IMG/VR virus record: IMGVR_UViG_2922326829_000003 | Coordinates: 42,710-106,709 of that record | Source: a virus | Taxonomy: Duplodnaviria; Heunggongvirae; Uroviricota; Caudoviricetes | DNA length: 64,000 nucleotides | Strand: one strand, 5' to 3' | In this document: positions 10,846 to 20,791 of the stretch, one piece after another | Layout of the letters: each line of letters opens with the position of its first letter | Position numbering within the stretch: position 1 is the stretch's first letter | The notes under the pieces: generated by a model | What the model saw: the letters and a program-made list of their open reading frames with translations, nothing else | Told to the model about the DNA's origin: nothing | The model's database searches: none | Made by a program: the position numbers and the translations under genes

Positions 10846-11798
10846 TATTTTTGAACTTGTACTTTTTTAGTCAAGAACCCGGAGTGAGAGCTCTTAAACG
10901 AATTTATTTTTGCTTTTAGTGCAATGAATTGAGCCATATTAAGTGGGGGCTGTGGCCCCAACTGTGTGGTAGTTTTTATTTGGCTGATATAATTCAGTAT
11001 GTCCATCAATATCGTAGCTAATTCTACCCCTAACACAGCATCGTCAACACCACTTTCACTTCCAAGGTACACAATGCCATCTTTGGCTATAACAGAGGAA
11101 GAGCCGTGCTTCATAGTCGCATCACTATCACTCAATGTGATATCAGCCTTATTGTGCTGTAGTTGAATTTTTTCTTGATCAATTAATTGCTGGCTTTTAT
11201 TGTCACCAACAACAACTTGAAATTTTGCGTCATCAATCGTTTGTGTTGTGTGATTTGCTTTTTCTTCACCCTGAACTTCTGTTATAGCAGAGTTCTTTTT
11301 ATATGTTGTTCGAGCATGAACACCTGTCTCTTCCAATTCATCAATATCTGGAGAGTTTTCATCTCCAGGATCATACTCTTCGCGTTCAGTAACGCCTATT
11401 GTCACCTTTTCGTGAGAATCAAGTTGGATGATGTCAACATGAGAGAACATGGATACATATTCAATTTTTGTATCCGGATCAGTAACGATAGTGACTTCAG
11501 AATACATCTTCGGAACAATCACAAGACCTTTAGAATTATCCTGTATCGCACTCAAATAAACCCCTTCATGGTAGCCAATTTTCGTATCATCATCACCCTC
11601 AATAGATAAATTCGAAAATTCTTGAACATCAATAGTTCCTGCGAATTCACCATCTGTATGTATTTTAGCAACATATCCGGTAATTTTAGCGCTATCACGA
11701 ATAACGCCGGTGGAAGGGTTTATTAACCCATGTAGCGCAATACGGCGTATTGCCTCCCGGATGGATTGATTGCTGCTTAAATCAGCTCTATTCTTCAT
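10845..11798 (-). CDS. baseplate / tail structural protein (317 aa)
   Basis: Sits between the tape measure and fibre genes and overlaps its neighbour. Confidence 0.3.
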   Translation of the reverse strand: MKNRADLSSNQSIREAIRRIALHGLINPSTGVIRDSAKITGYVAKIHTDGEFAGTIDVQEFSNLSIEGDDDTKIGYHEGVYLSAIQDNSKGLVIVPKMYSEVTIVTDPDTKIEYVSMFSHVDIIQLDSHEKVTIGVTEREEYDPGDENSPDIDELEETGVHARTTYKKNSAITEVQGEEKANHTTQTIDDAKFQVVVGDNKSQQLIDQEKIQLQHNKADITLSDSDATMKHGSSSVIAKDGIVYLGSESGVDDAVLGVELATILMDILNYISQIKTTTQLGPQPPLNMAQFIALKAKINSFKSSHSGFLTKKVQVQK

Positions 11799-13218
11799 TG
11801 GTGTTCTTTTTTCGAGATATTAAATAAGGTAACTTTATAGTTTGCCTGAACCCACTTACTCCAAATTTTGTAGTTACTTCATCTACTAAATAATAGCCAT
11901 TTCTTTGAGTGAATCGGTCATCCTTTAATTCGACTTTTACACCCGATTTTAATTTTAAGTCCCCAAAGATCGTCAGTGACCCATCAACTCCATTCATATT
12001 GTAGCTTTCAAAATATTGGATAGCTTCTTTTAATAAATCTTCATGGCTAATGCCTATCTTTCGAGACATGTATGGAATTATGGTGTATTGGCTAAGATCA
12101 ACCTTGTCCTTTGACCTTTTCAACACAGTAGCACCACATTTCTGAGCTTTCTTAGATATTGTGGTTTCATTTAGCACCTGCCACTTTTTTGAATCAGGGT
12201 TTGTCGAATCATAATCAGGATTTTTTCGTATTGTGATATGATAAAACTTAGAATTTGTTTCCAGTGAAGTTGCTTCCACTGCCAAAAAATTTTTATCTGT
12301 ATTCATTAATGTCAAATCATCATCAGCAACATGATAGTTGAAAAGAATAATCGGTATATCACTTGAATCCTTCTGTATTATAGAATCCTTTCCTGCATTT
12401 GAAAAATATGACCTACCTACTGCTATACAGGGCTCTTCATTGTTATATTTTACATAAGCAAATACTTTATACTTAGACCACTCTGTCAGTACATCTGCAA
12501 TGGTAAGGTCTGGGGTCAATGAAACCTTCCCAATATTAATATCGCATGACTCCGTGTCTGGGTGGAGTTTTAATCCGGAGTTTTTTAACAACTTCCATTG
12601 TCCATTGTCAGACAGCAAATCGTTCACTGTCATATTTTTAGAAGCCTTTACTTTAGGGCAGGAAATTTTCTTTAATCGACTGGCAAGATTTTCACATTTG
12701 ATCTCAATGGGGGTAGATATACTGCATTTAGTAATATATCCATCAAACATTGTGGTCAAATGCTTTTTATATTCAGTCAATTTATCGGTATCGTTATGAA
12801 GTGATTTTCCAGAACTATCTACTTTTGCCAATGCAGCCACTTTAGGGTCAGTGGTATATCCAAGCATGATTCGTATACGGTCCCCAATCTTAAAATCAGC
12901 TGTATCGGCCAATTTGGAGTTAGTTCGAGTTGTAACAAGTATTCCGTTATCAACATTAGCTGAAACAACACTGTTCTGTGCAATCTCTTCTGAATTTAAT
13001 TCTGTGATTGTTTTTTTGATTACAGTTCCTCTCGGAAATTTCACAGAAGCGGTTCCTATCAATTTACGATAGGAATCCACTATTTCTAATTCTTCGATTT
13101 CTGTTATCAGGCGTGGGCTTGGCGGTTCTTCCATTGGTTTTTTAGGATCATCCGGAGTCCACACCTGAATTAAGCTTATCAAAATATGAAAGCTTGGCTG
13201 TGATTTAATAGCTGCCAT
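11788..13218 (-). CDS. baseplate protein (476 aa)
   Basis: Position in the baseplate module; overlapping start/stop with neighbours. Confidence 0.3.
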   Translation of the reverse strand: MAAIKSQPSFHILISLIQVWTPDDPKKPMEEPPSPRLITEIEELEIVDSYRKLIGTASVKFPRGTVIKKTITELNSEEIAQNSVVSANVDNGILVTTRTNSKLADTADFKIGDRIRIMLGYTTDPKVAALAKVDSSGKSLHNDTDKLTEYKKHLTTMFDGYITKCSISTPIEIKCENLASRLKKISCPKVKASKNMTVNDLLSDNGQWKLLKNSGLKLHPDTESCDINIGKVSLTPDLTIADVLTEWSKYKVFAYVKYNNEEPCIAVGRSYFSNAGKDSIIQKDSSDIPIILFNYHVADDDLTLMNTDKNFLAVEATSLETNSKFYHITIRKNPDYDSTNPDSKKWQVLNETTISKKAQKCGATVLKRSKDKVDLSQYTIIPYMSRKIGISHEDLLKEAIQYFESYNMNGVDGSLTIFGDLKLKSGVKVELKDDRFTQRNGYYLVDEVTTKFGVSGFRQTIKLPYLISRKKNTNEE

Positions 13219-14225
13219 TAAATATTAGGAACTAATGCGTCTAAACCACCGGCTGCAAGTGATGAAACACTATTTGCAGCGGTATTCGCAACAATTGAAG
13301 TCAATTTATTATTCAATATCAATTTATACCATTTATTCATAGGACTTATAGCAATTTCTGCGTTCAACACACCAATAGTGTCGGCAATGATAGAAACATC
13401 TTCGTCAGGCTCAACTGCTACACAAGTAAATGTGTATGGCTGGACATTTTTGCAATCCGAAGTATTCAGATTAAATTCTTTAATAATGATTTGCTCTATA
13501 TTAAATTGACGAAATAAGAAATGATTCACCTTAATAACACCACCATACTGAGCGAGTTGGACAAACTTTTTGACATCATTTTCCGGATAAACACCCCTAT
13601 CATTCCCGACAATTTTCCCTGTTACAGAAAAAGTCAAATCACCACCAGACACGAGCTCTTTCCGGGTAAAATCACGCCCTTGAACTTGTGTTAACACTAA
13701 GTTTTTTGCACTTTGCATTGACACAGATGCTGTTAAGTCAATAAAACAAACCACATTTGTTTTATAAGATGTTTTCACAGCTTTCCCATTTTGATAAACC
13801 ACATCCTGAACATCAATGTCTTTGTCTGATTCATAATAAACCATTAGTGCCTCTGGAACTTGATCGCCATACTTATTTTTTGCAATAATCCTATGCCCTG
13901 GGATTTCGATAAAACCAAGCCCCTTATCCACCCGTTCACCAGCTTCAATTAGTTTTTTTAAGTTGGCATCTTGTTGTTTTAAAACAGTGTCACGCAATTG
14001 ATTTTCCAGATATCTTTGATATTTTGGAAATAACGTATTTACCTTTTGCTCAACATACTGGGCGGCAGTTCGTTTTGCTATGTAAACAATAAGAGATTTA
14101 TAACCTCTATTATTCTTATATATCAAATTGCCATCTTTCTTTTTTATATAACGATAGCTTATATTGCTGGCAAGATCAACTCCGGCACTGCCAGCACTAA
14201 ACTTTAATGAATTCCAAATACTCAT
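13218..14225 (-). CDS. baseplate / distal tail protein (335 aa)
   Basis: Immediately downstream of the tape measure gene with an overlapping ATGA junction. Confidence 0.3.
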   Translation of the reverse strand: MSIWNSLKFSAGSAGVDLASNISYRYIKKKDGNLIYKNNRGYKSLIVYIAKRTAAQYVEQKVNTLFPKYQRYLENQLRDTVLKQQDANLKKLIEAGERVDKGLGFIEIPGHRIIAKNKYGDQVPEALMVYYESDKDIDVQDVVYQNGKAVKTSYKTNVVCFIDLTASVSMQSAKNLVLTQVQGRDFTRKELVSGGDLTFSVTGKIVGNDRGVYPENDVKKFVQLAQYGGVIKVNHFLFRQFNIEQIIIKEFNLNTSDCKNVQPYTFTCVAVEPDEDVSIIADTIGVLNAEIAISPMNKWYKLILNNKLTSIVANTAANSVSSLAAGGLDALVPNI

Positions 14226-14228
14226 TCA

Positions 14229-17200
14229 CTATCCATGAAAAGTGTCATCAAAATCATGCACGGCATCAATTAACGCTTGTGTAAGCTGTCCTTTGATGTT
14301 ATCAATTGCAGCAGAATTATCTGAGTTAGTTAGGTCGATAGACTTGACATTCATCAAATTCTCTATTTTTACGATAATTTGTTTTGGAGCAGCGGAGCCG
14401 GAATTATAGTGAGATTTATATTTCGATTGATCTGTTCCTGTTGCACCTGTTCCATTGCCTGTACCGAAACCTCCACCAGTTCCACCGGCTCCTTCTATAC
14501 CTGCGCCACCAACAACAGGTACCCATTCGTTTTTACCGGTAGGGCCATTAAATCGATACTCACTCATAATTCCATTTATATATTGCCTTTGTCCTATTTG
14601 GGGCTCTTTATCTGCAATTTGACCTGAGTGCGCATAAGCTTCTTGGAAGAATGGTGAAGATAGAATGGTGAATTTCTCTCTAAACTCTTTATTAAAAGTA
14701 CTTAGGAAATTTACTATATCGCCTGTTATTACTTGGTGTGCCTGCTGTGCCCAGTAATCTGCGGTTTTACTTCCATACTGAACAAACCTTCCAGTTTCAG
14801 GGTCGAAACCGTTAATACGTGTCCATTCAGTAAAATTTGAAACAAGATTTTCATCAAGGTCTTTGAAAACGCCAACACCATTATTTGCAAGAGCTTTCAC
14901 CTGATCTTCATAGCCCCATTCACCTGGTGTTTTTAAAAGGTTTTGCAAAGACACTAATGCCTTTGCATTCTCATTGTCGCCACTGAAATCAAATGCTTGA
15001 AATATTCTATTGGCAAAAGATTCATAAGCAAGTGGTATGGACAATATCTCTGAAGAATTTAATCCACCAAGCTTATCCAAAGAAAGGTTATTGTATTCTG
15101 GGTTGGTCTTGTTTTTGTATTCTAAAAGCCGTAGCTCCAAACGTTTCCTAATCTCGCCCCATTCCTCTATCGGAGATTGTTTAAAAGCTGTTGTAAACTC
15201 TTCTATAACTTCTTTTGATTGAGGCGCGTCCCAACCAATAGTGGCGGCAATTACATCACTGGTAAGATTGTCACTGTTGTACGTTTGCCCATTTTTTTGC
15301 AAATACGCAGAATGCTGCCCATTGTATGAGTAAGTTTTTAATTCGTATTGCTTTCTTATATTATCTGGAAGATGGTCTAAGGCTTCTTGTGATTTTTCCC
15401 AAATCGTTTCAATTTTTGCCGTTCCAGATAAAAATGAGTGCCATGGATGATCTGTTACGCTTTTTATTTTATCTTTATATACTTCATTTATTTTCTTTCC
15501 TTCCATGGCAGATGTCGCCTCGCTTTCCAATCCAATTTGGATTCTCCTCAATCTTATGTATTCTTCTACTTTTTGATTAGCACTCAACTGTTTGTCGTGT
15601 ACAAGTTTTAGATAACGTTCTGTGGGAGACAGCCCTTCAGACAAATATCCTTTTGTAGAATATACTTTTTCATACCATGTGTCGTAAGCTTTGCTTAAAT
15701 CATTTAAGTGACTATATGCGCTGTAGATTCCATAGGTAAGCACACCAACTGCTGCTGCCGCTCCAAGCCAAGGCAATGCCGCAAGAAACTTGCCACCAGC
15801 AGCAGTAGCTCCCGCAACCGCCCCTGTTGTAGCATTGCCAGCAGCCACTGTAGCTGGGGTGGCTACTCCTGCTAACTGCGCTACAGTGGCTGCTGTATTT
15901 GCTCGTGCAGAAACAAATGTTCCAGTAACCCCACTCCAGCCAGCTGTAAAAATATTCCTAATAGTATTAAGCACACCAGCTTTCATAATTGCTTTTGCAA
16001 TCCTAAGCAATCCGGCAAAAGCTCCAGCAAGTCTTGTTACTCCAGCCCCTAAGCTAAAGATATACATTCCCATATTTCCTAAAGCTTTGAAGGCCCTGAA
16101 AAATGAAAGTATAGGCCACATGATGACTTGAAATTTGAGCCATGGTTTTATGAACCAACTCATACTATTGTATGCTTTAATACAAAATAAAGCAAAGTCT
16201 TTGAGCATACTTATCAATTCAAAGAAATCTTTTGACAACTGTTTAATGGTTTGAACTGCTTCTGGAGTTTTCAACCAATTAATTGTTTGGTTCAACATAT
16301 CCTTAATTGGTTGTTGAAGTTCTTCAAAAGCCTGCATACCATCTTCAGTGAACATCGAAGTCAACTGATACCAAAGTCCTTGTATTGTGTTTTTCTTTTC
16401 TTCAGCTAATTTTCCTACAAGCCCATCCGACAGAAAGTTTTGATAAACTATTTCGTTCCATTTATCAACATTGTTAGTTAATGAAACCGCTCCCTGCGCA
16501 GAAGTCTTATGGAACATTTTATAAAAGTCAGATACTTCTAAGTCTGCCTTATTCAAGTCTCCGAAGATATCAGTCAATGGACGCAGGCGACCATTTTCAT
16601 CTAAACGATCAACACCAATTTCATCCCATTGTTTTAGTTGTTTCTTCGTAGGGTTTACGAGGTTTGCAATTATGGTACGCATTGTTGTACCAGCCTGGGA
16701 GCCTTTTACTCCGGCATCCCCCAAAACCCCCAATGCTGCTGTTGCTTCTTCAAAAGATACACCACCGGCAGAGAGCAAACTTGCAGAGTATTTGTAAGCC
16801 TCTGCTATTTCAAGTAATGTCGTATTACTTTTAGTAAATGTCATGGTCATAACATCGGAAGCTCGCCTAATCTTCTCAGGCGAGATTCCGTAACCTGTCA
16901 TAATGTTAGTTACAACGTCTGCTGTTTCACCCAAATCAGTGTCACCAACCAATGCAATATCTGATATTGGCCTAATAGATTTATTTATTGCATCTATGTC
17001 AAAACCAGCCATTGCAAGAAATTTACTCGCATCAGCTACTTGTGGCGCAGTAAATTTAGTCTCAACGCCCACATTTCGAACAGTATGGGCCATTTCTTGA
17101 AACCTTCGATTGAAACCGGGAAGTTTATCATGGGTCTGAAGGATATTTTTGGTGGTTTGCATCAAGTTATCATACTCTGTCGCATCTCTTCCCACATTTC

Positions 17201-17753
17201 CCATAAGTGATCCAAGACCAGCAATACCATAAGCGATCCCCATACCCTTGACCATATTAAATGCTCCAATGCCTCCAGAGTCAAGCATTGTAGGCCCAAG
17301 ATTGCGATAACTTATATTCCGTGGAACAAGCCTCCTGTTTACCACTGGTTTGCTTGACGGATGTGGCGTGTTTGGCCGTGGTTTATTGCTTCCACCTACA
17401 ACAGTGGTTGAGCTACCTGTTTTTCCGGTGTTTTTATTGGTTGTTTTCCCAGTGGTGGAAGCACTTATATTAAGAGCTGCCGTCTTTTTCGCCAAACTGT
17501 GAATTCTCTCCAGTTTAGCAATTGTCCTGTCTAATTTCTGATTTGCTTTTGAAGTTGCAACATCAATCACAGGAGCCTTTTTTGCCATCTGAGAGAACTT
17601 AGCGTGTACCGATTCTATTTTTCTTTGGAACGCTTTAAGTTTTTGACCACATTGATCTAATTTCTTAGTAGCTTCTTGAAATTTACGAATGCTATCTAAT
17701 GCTTGTTGTGATCTAACGTTTATGTCATAATTAACTACATAATTTTCTGCCAT
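14229..17753 (-). CDS. tail tape measure protein (1174 aa)
   Basis: Size and position after the tube/chaperone genes. N-terminal coiled coil, hydrophobic segments and a Gly-rich C-terminus (GGAGIEGAGGTGGGFGTGNGTGATG). Confidence 0.6.
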   Translation of the reverse strand: MAENYVVNYDINVRSQQALDSIRKFQEATKKLDQCGQKLKAFQRKIESVHAKFSQMAKKAPVIDVATSKANQKLDRTIAKLERIHSLAKKTAALNISASTTGKTTNKNTGKTGSSTTVVGGSNKPRPNTPHPSSKPVVNRRLVPRNISYRNLGPTMLDSGGIGAFNMVKGMGIAYGIAGLGSLMGNVGRDATEYDNLMQTTKNILQTHDKLPGFNRRFQEMAHTVRNVGVETKFTAPQVADASKFLAMAGFDIDAINKSIRPISDIALVGDTDLGETADVVTNIMTGYGISPEKIRRASDVMTMTFTKSNTTLLEIAEAYKYSASLLSAGGVSFEEATAALGVLGDAGVKGSQAGTTMRTIIANLVNPTKKQLKQWDEIGVDRLDENGRLRPLTDIFGDLNKADLEVSDFYKMFHKTSAQGAVSLTNNVDKWNEIVYQNFLSDGLVGKLAEEKKNTIQGLWYQLTSMFTEDGMQAFEELQQPIKDMLNQTINWLKTPEAVQTIKQLSKDFFELISMLKDFALFCIKAYNSMSWFIKPWLKFQVIMWPILSFFRAFKALGNMGMYIFSLGAGVTRLAGAFAGLLRIAKAIMKAGVLNTIRNIFTAGWSGVTGTFVSARANTAATVAQLAGVATPATVAAGNATTGAVAGATAAGGKFLAALPWLGAAAAVGVLTYGIYSAYSHLNDLSKAYDTWYEKVYSTKGYLSEGLSPTERYLKLVHDKQLSANQKVEEYIRLRRIQIGLESEATSAMEGKKINEVYKDKIKSVTDHPWHSFLSGTAKIETIWEKSQEALDHLPDNIRKQYELKTYSYNGQHSAYLQKNGQTYNSDNLTSDVIAATIGWDAPQSKEVIEEFTTAFKQSPIEEWGEIRKRLELRLLEYKNKTNPEYNNLSLDKLGGLNSSEILSIPLAYESFANRIFQAFDFSGDNENAKALVSLQNLLKTPGEWGYEDQVKALANNGVGVFKDLDENLVSNFTEWTRINGFDPETGRFVQYGSKTADYWAQQAHQVITGDIVNFLSTFNKEFREKFTILSSPFFQEAYAHSGQIADKEPQIGQRQYINGIMSEYRFNGPTGKNEWVPVVGGAGIEGAGGTGGGFGTGNGTGATGTDQSKYKSHYNSGSAAPKQIIVKIENLMNVKSIDLTNSDNSAAIDNIKGQLTQALIDAVHDFDDTFHG

Positions 17754-18029
17754 TAAAACAAACTATATTTCTGAAGAATAGTCCACCAGCCTTGTGTACG
17801 GTTAAAAAGAAGCCCCATCACCATAAAACATGGAAATGGGGCGGTAAAGCAGATGTCTATGAAAGAAGCCCAAGTGTTTTTGCTTGCTGTGATTGAATTT
17901 GCTGTGCGTGCATCCACTCAGCATCATTAGCTATTATTGCAAATTCCTCATCATTTAGCTTTTCTATATTGACTCCTGGAAAGTAATGTCGAATGTATAT
18001 TAATTTTTTTCTAAAATACTGTTTCTCTT

Positions 18030-18440
18030 TTACTTCCCAGGTTTCGATAAATTTACGAGCAAGCCTTGTCTCATTTCTATCATTTTAGACATTTGGCCCA
18101 TCAACCCGAAAAGGAACAGTGAATCATCGCTGATCAATTCCTGATCCCCTGATAAAAAACAATCCTTAGCAAGCGTTCGCATTGCTACGGCGTTATTTGA
18201 TTGTGAGGCGCTTAAATATTTGCTAAATGAAGCAAATGAGGGCTGTCGGAAATATCCTATGTATTGTTCTTTATCATCACCATCGCCACCGAATACAACA
18301 ATGGGGAAAATTTGTTTAAGCTTAGGGTCTTTTGCTTTCAATGCCGCAACTTCTTTCTCAATTGTTTTTTTTAATTCAGCAGAAACATCAAGTGTCTCAT
18401 CTTCTTGCTGAAAGTCTTCGATTGTAATATCTTCTCCCAT
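18030..18440 (-). CDS. tail assembly chaperone (136 aa) with probable -1 frameshift extension
   Basis: Small acidic ORF between the tube and tape measure genes. An A_AAT_TTA slippery heptamer lies 5 codons before its stop, and the -1 frame stays open for ~65 codons toward the tape measure gene. Confidence 0.45.
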   Translation of the reverse strand: MGEDITIEDFQQEDETLDVSAELKKTIEKEVAALKAKDPKLKQIFPIVVFGGDGDDKEQYIGYFRQPSFASFSKYLSASQSNNAVAMRTLAKDCFLSGDQELISDDSLFLFGLMGQMSKMIEMRQGLLVNLSKPGK

Positions 18441-18567
18441 AACCTGTTAATAAAGTTTTTAAATAAATTATATGTTCAATTATGAATAGCAAGAACAGCT
18501 TTTATTAGTTTGAAAGAAGGGAAGATATTTTCATACCTTCCCTTTACAAATTCTATCCACAAATCTC

Positions 18568-19023
18568 CTAAGCAGCTGTTGTGCTTGGGATTATTTTAAA
18601 CGGATTAAGATCAAATTCTTTGGTGAGACTTGTGTCATCCTGCTGTGCTTCCATACCATCTTCGTTAAACAGACATCCTTTCAATGTTATAGTTTCTGTT
18701 GTCCAGTCAGTAGTTCCCAGCTGGTTGGCGAACGAGATCACTAAATCGAATTCTCCAAGCGCCATCAACGACCCTTTTAAAGCTCGTAGCATAACCTGAG
18801 TGTTGTAATCCATTGTGATGGATGCTGTATACTCAGTGTTTCCAAATCCTCGATTAACAGGCTCTCCACCAAGACCGTAATTTGTCTCAACCTTGTGTTT
18901 GATGTTCCATTTGATTCCGGACACTCCCTGCAAAATCTGTGAGTTCGCATTAGCAGAGCCTGTAAGTGCCGGAGCTGTAAGTTCAATCATGGCCCATGAA
19001 TAAGCCACATTATTTACTAACAT
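18568..19023 (-). CDS. tail tube protein (151 aa)
   Basis: About 150 aa, directly downstream of the putative sheath gene; the size and order are typical of contractile-tail tube proteins. Confidence 0.45.
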   Translation of the reverse strand: MLVNNVAYSWAMIELTAPALTGSANANSQILQGVSGIKWNIKHKVETNYGLGGEPVNRGFGNTEYTASITMDYNTQVMLRALKGSLMALGEFDLVISFANQLGTTDWTTETITLKGCLFNEDGMEAQQDDTSLTKEFDLNPFKIIPSTTAA

Positions 19024-19026
19024 TGA

Positions 19027-20352
19027 TTATTTTTTAATTGAAAGCCCTTCAGTTACATTGATCTTTCTGGATGTGCCAATCGGTATCAGTATGTATGTGA
19101 TGAGCAGTGTGTCGTTTTTCAATACATTTTGATTAGATGGGATTTTAACACTAAAGCCACTAATCTCTTCTGCATCGACCATTGCTTGCAGAATGTCATT
19201 TACAATATTTGAAAAAATTGTGCTTTGAGCACTTGATAAATATCCGGTTGAAGGGTCAACTTTAATTGGAGAATTAACGTAAGGAAGCAAGGCTGTACGA
19301 ACTGATCTACGTGATTTGTTTATTGTACGGTTTCTTGCAATTGTACGGTAATCCCCATTCGAACAAGTTTGATCACCGGAGAAATAGATGTGACCTTCCA
19401 GTCCATTGTATTTCATCAGGAAAACATATCCGCGATCATCTAAATCTTCAAGTTGAAAAGCAGACAGAGATGAGTATTTAGTTGTGTTGACCAACTTTTT
19501 ATCAGAAAGAGTTGAGTCTCCGAATCCGAATTCGATATCTGGAAAGTAGTTAATCAGGTCAAAGTTTTGAACCCACCCAATTGATTCAGCCACACTTGCT
19601 TGTGTCAAACAACCTAACGCGGCACCTATATTTCCAACAGGAGTACATGAAGCTAATGATGCTTGCATTGCCGATACGTCTGTGTCAAGCCCTTGTCCAA
19701 GTAATACAGTCACATATCTTGAATCTATAACACATGTAGGGATCATGCTTAGAGTCACTTTTGCTTCATCTCCGGAAGTTGTTGCTATCTTAGCGCTATT
19801 TGCATTAAGCAGAATGCTAACTGGTGAATGGTAAGTGTTTGCTAAAGACTCACCAATAGATTGCAAGTCGCCTACTAATTGGATGCTGTAGGTTGAAGCG
19901 GTTGGGTCGGTCTTTTTCCACAAATTCTTCTCAGTCCAAACACCGAATTGATTGATGGTCCCATGTGCTGCTTTTTGCATATCAATAACTGCATTCCAGT
20001 TCTGAGAGCAATCAGCAAACATGACGAACAAACGGCCAGTTCCACCAGAGATAGTGAAGAAGTGTTTGATGTGATAATACGGGATTCCGAAAAGAAAATC
20101 TTTGCTCACTTGGTTTTCATCAAGTTCGCCACTGTATGCGGTGATTCCGATCTTATCTGCGTCGTCAAGGCTGTTTAATTCAACCACATTGTCTTTTAAT
20201 GTGTCAACTAATGCCAAGCCTGCCCCCTTTGTCCAGAAGTTCGGCTGCGCTGAAATATCAAACAACAGACCACACACCTTTTCTGTAGAAGAAGAGAGGT
20301 CTGAACTGATATTTCCATCAGTATCGGTCATAATAACATTGCCTAATGCCAT
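19027..20352 (-). CDS. tail sheath protein (441 aa)
   Basis: Lies between the capsid module and the tube gene; the size is compatible with a small sheath protein. Confidence 0.4.
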   Translation of the reverse strand: MALGNVIMTDTDGNISSDLSSSTEKVCGLLFDISAQPNFWTKGAGLALVDTLKDNVVELNSLDDADKIGITAYSGELDENQVSKDFLFGIPYYHIKHFFTISGGTGRLFVMFADCSQNWNAVIDMQKAAHGTINQFGVWTEKNLWKKTDPTASTYSIQLVGDLQSIGESLANTYHSPVSILLNANSAKIATTSGDEAKVTLSMIPTCVIDSRYVTVLLGQGLDTDVSAMQASLASCTPVGNIGAALGCLTQASVAESIGWVQNFDLINYFPDIEFGFGDSTLSDKKLVNTTKYSSLSAFQLEDLDDRGYVFLMKYNGLEGHIYFSGDQTCSNGDYRTIARNRTINKSRRSVRTALLPYVNSPIKVDPSTGYLSSAQSTIFSNIVNDILQAMVDAEEISGFSVKIPSNQNVLKNDTLLITYILIPIGTSRKINVTEGLSIKK

Positions 20353-20366
20353 TGTTTTTATTCGTA

Positions 20367-20717
20367 TTATTTTTTATAAAAAGGATTTTTATAAAGAATA
20401 GCGTTCTTGACCAAGGCAGGTTGAGTCCCTTTAGCAAAGGCACCACCCCAGTTATCAACGTACAGTTCTTTTTCATTGGGATATTGTTGCAATATTGCTT
20501 TTGCAATATCCGGTATTTCAACTTCTACTGTCTTATTTTTTGCTTTTGGTACTTCTGGAGTATCTGGGGTAGTTTGTTCGGGTGATTCTCCCTCTGATTC
20601 GCCAGATTCTTCGGAAACATTAGACACTTCAGGTTGCCCATCTATATTTTCGTTTACAACTTCTGGTGCGTCTTTATTCTCGTCAGTTTGTATTGGGGTT
20701 TCTTTTCTTTTAGCCAT
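20367..20717 (-). CDS. small acidic protein (116 aa), function unknown
   Basis: Acidic, low-complexity N-terminal half; starts directly after the capsid-gene terminator. Confidence 0.25.
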   Translation of the reverse strand: MAKRKETPIQTDENKDAPEVVNENIDGQPEVSNVSEESGESEGESPEQTTPDTPEVPKAKNKTVEVEIPDIAKAILQQYPNEKELYVDNWGGAFAKGTQPALVKNAILYKNPFYKK

Positions 20718-20730
20718 AGCAATCTTTAAT

Positions 20731-20764
20731 TAAAAAAGGGAATGGAGCTTTTCCCTCCACTCCC
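20731..20764 (-). terminator. rho-independent terminator after the probable capsid gene
   Basis: On the minus strand: GGGAGTGGAG-GGAAAAG-CTCCATTCCC followed by TTTTTT. Confidence 0.6.
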
Positions 20765-20791
20765 CTGGTTATGCAATTTAGATGATGTTTT

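Noticed and set aside
11187-11609. 140-aa plus-strand ORF inside minus-strand gene 10845-11798
   Set aside because: Antisense, Cys/Phe/Ile-rich artefact.
15790-16131. 113-aa Ala/Pro-rich plus-strand ORF inside the tape measure gene
   Set aside because: Antisense to the Gly/Ala-rich region of the tape measure protein; compositional artefact.
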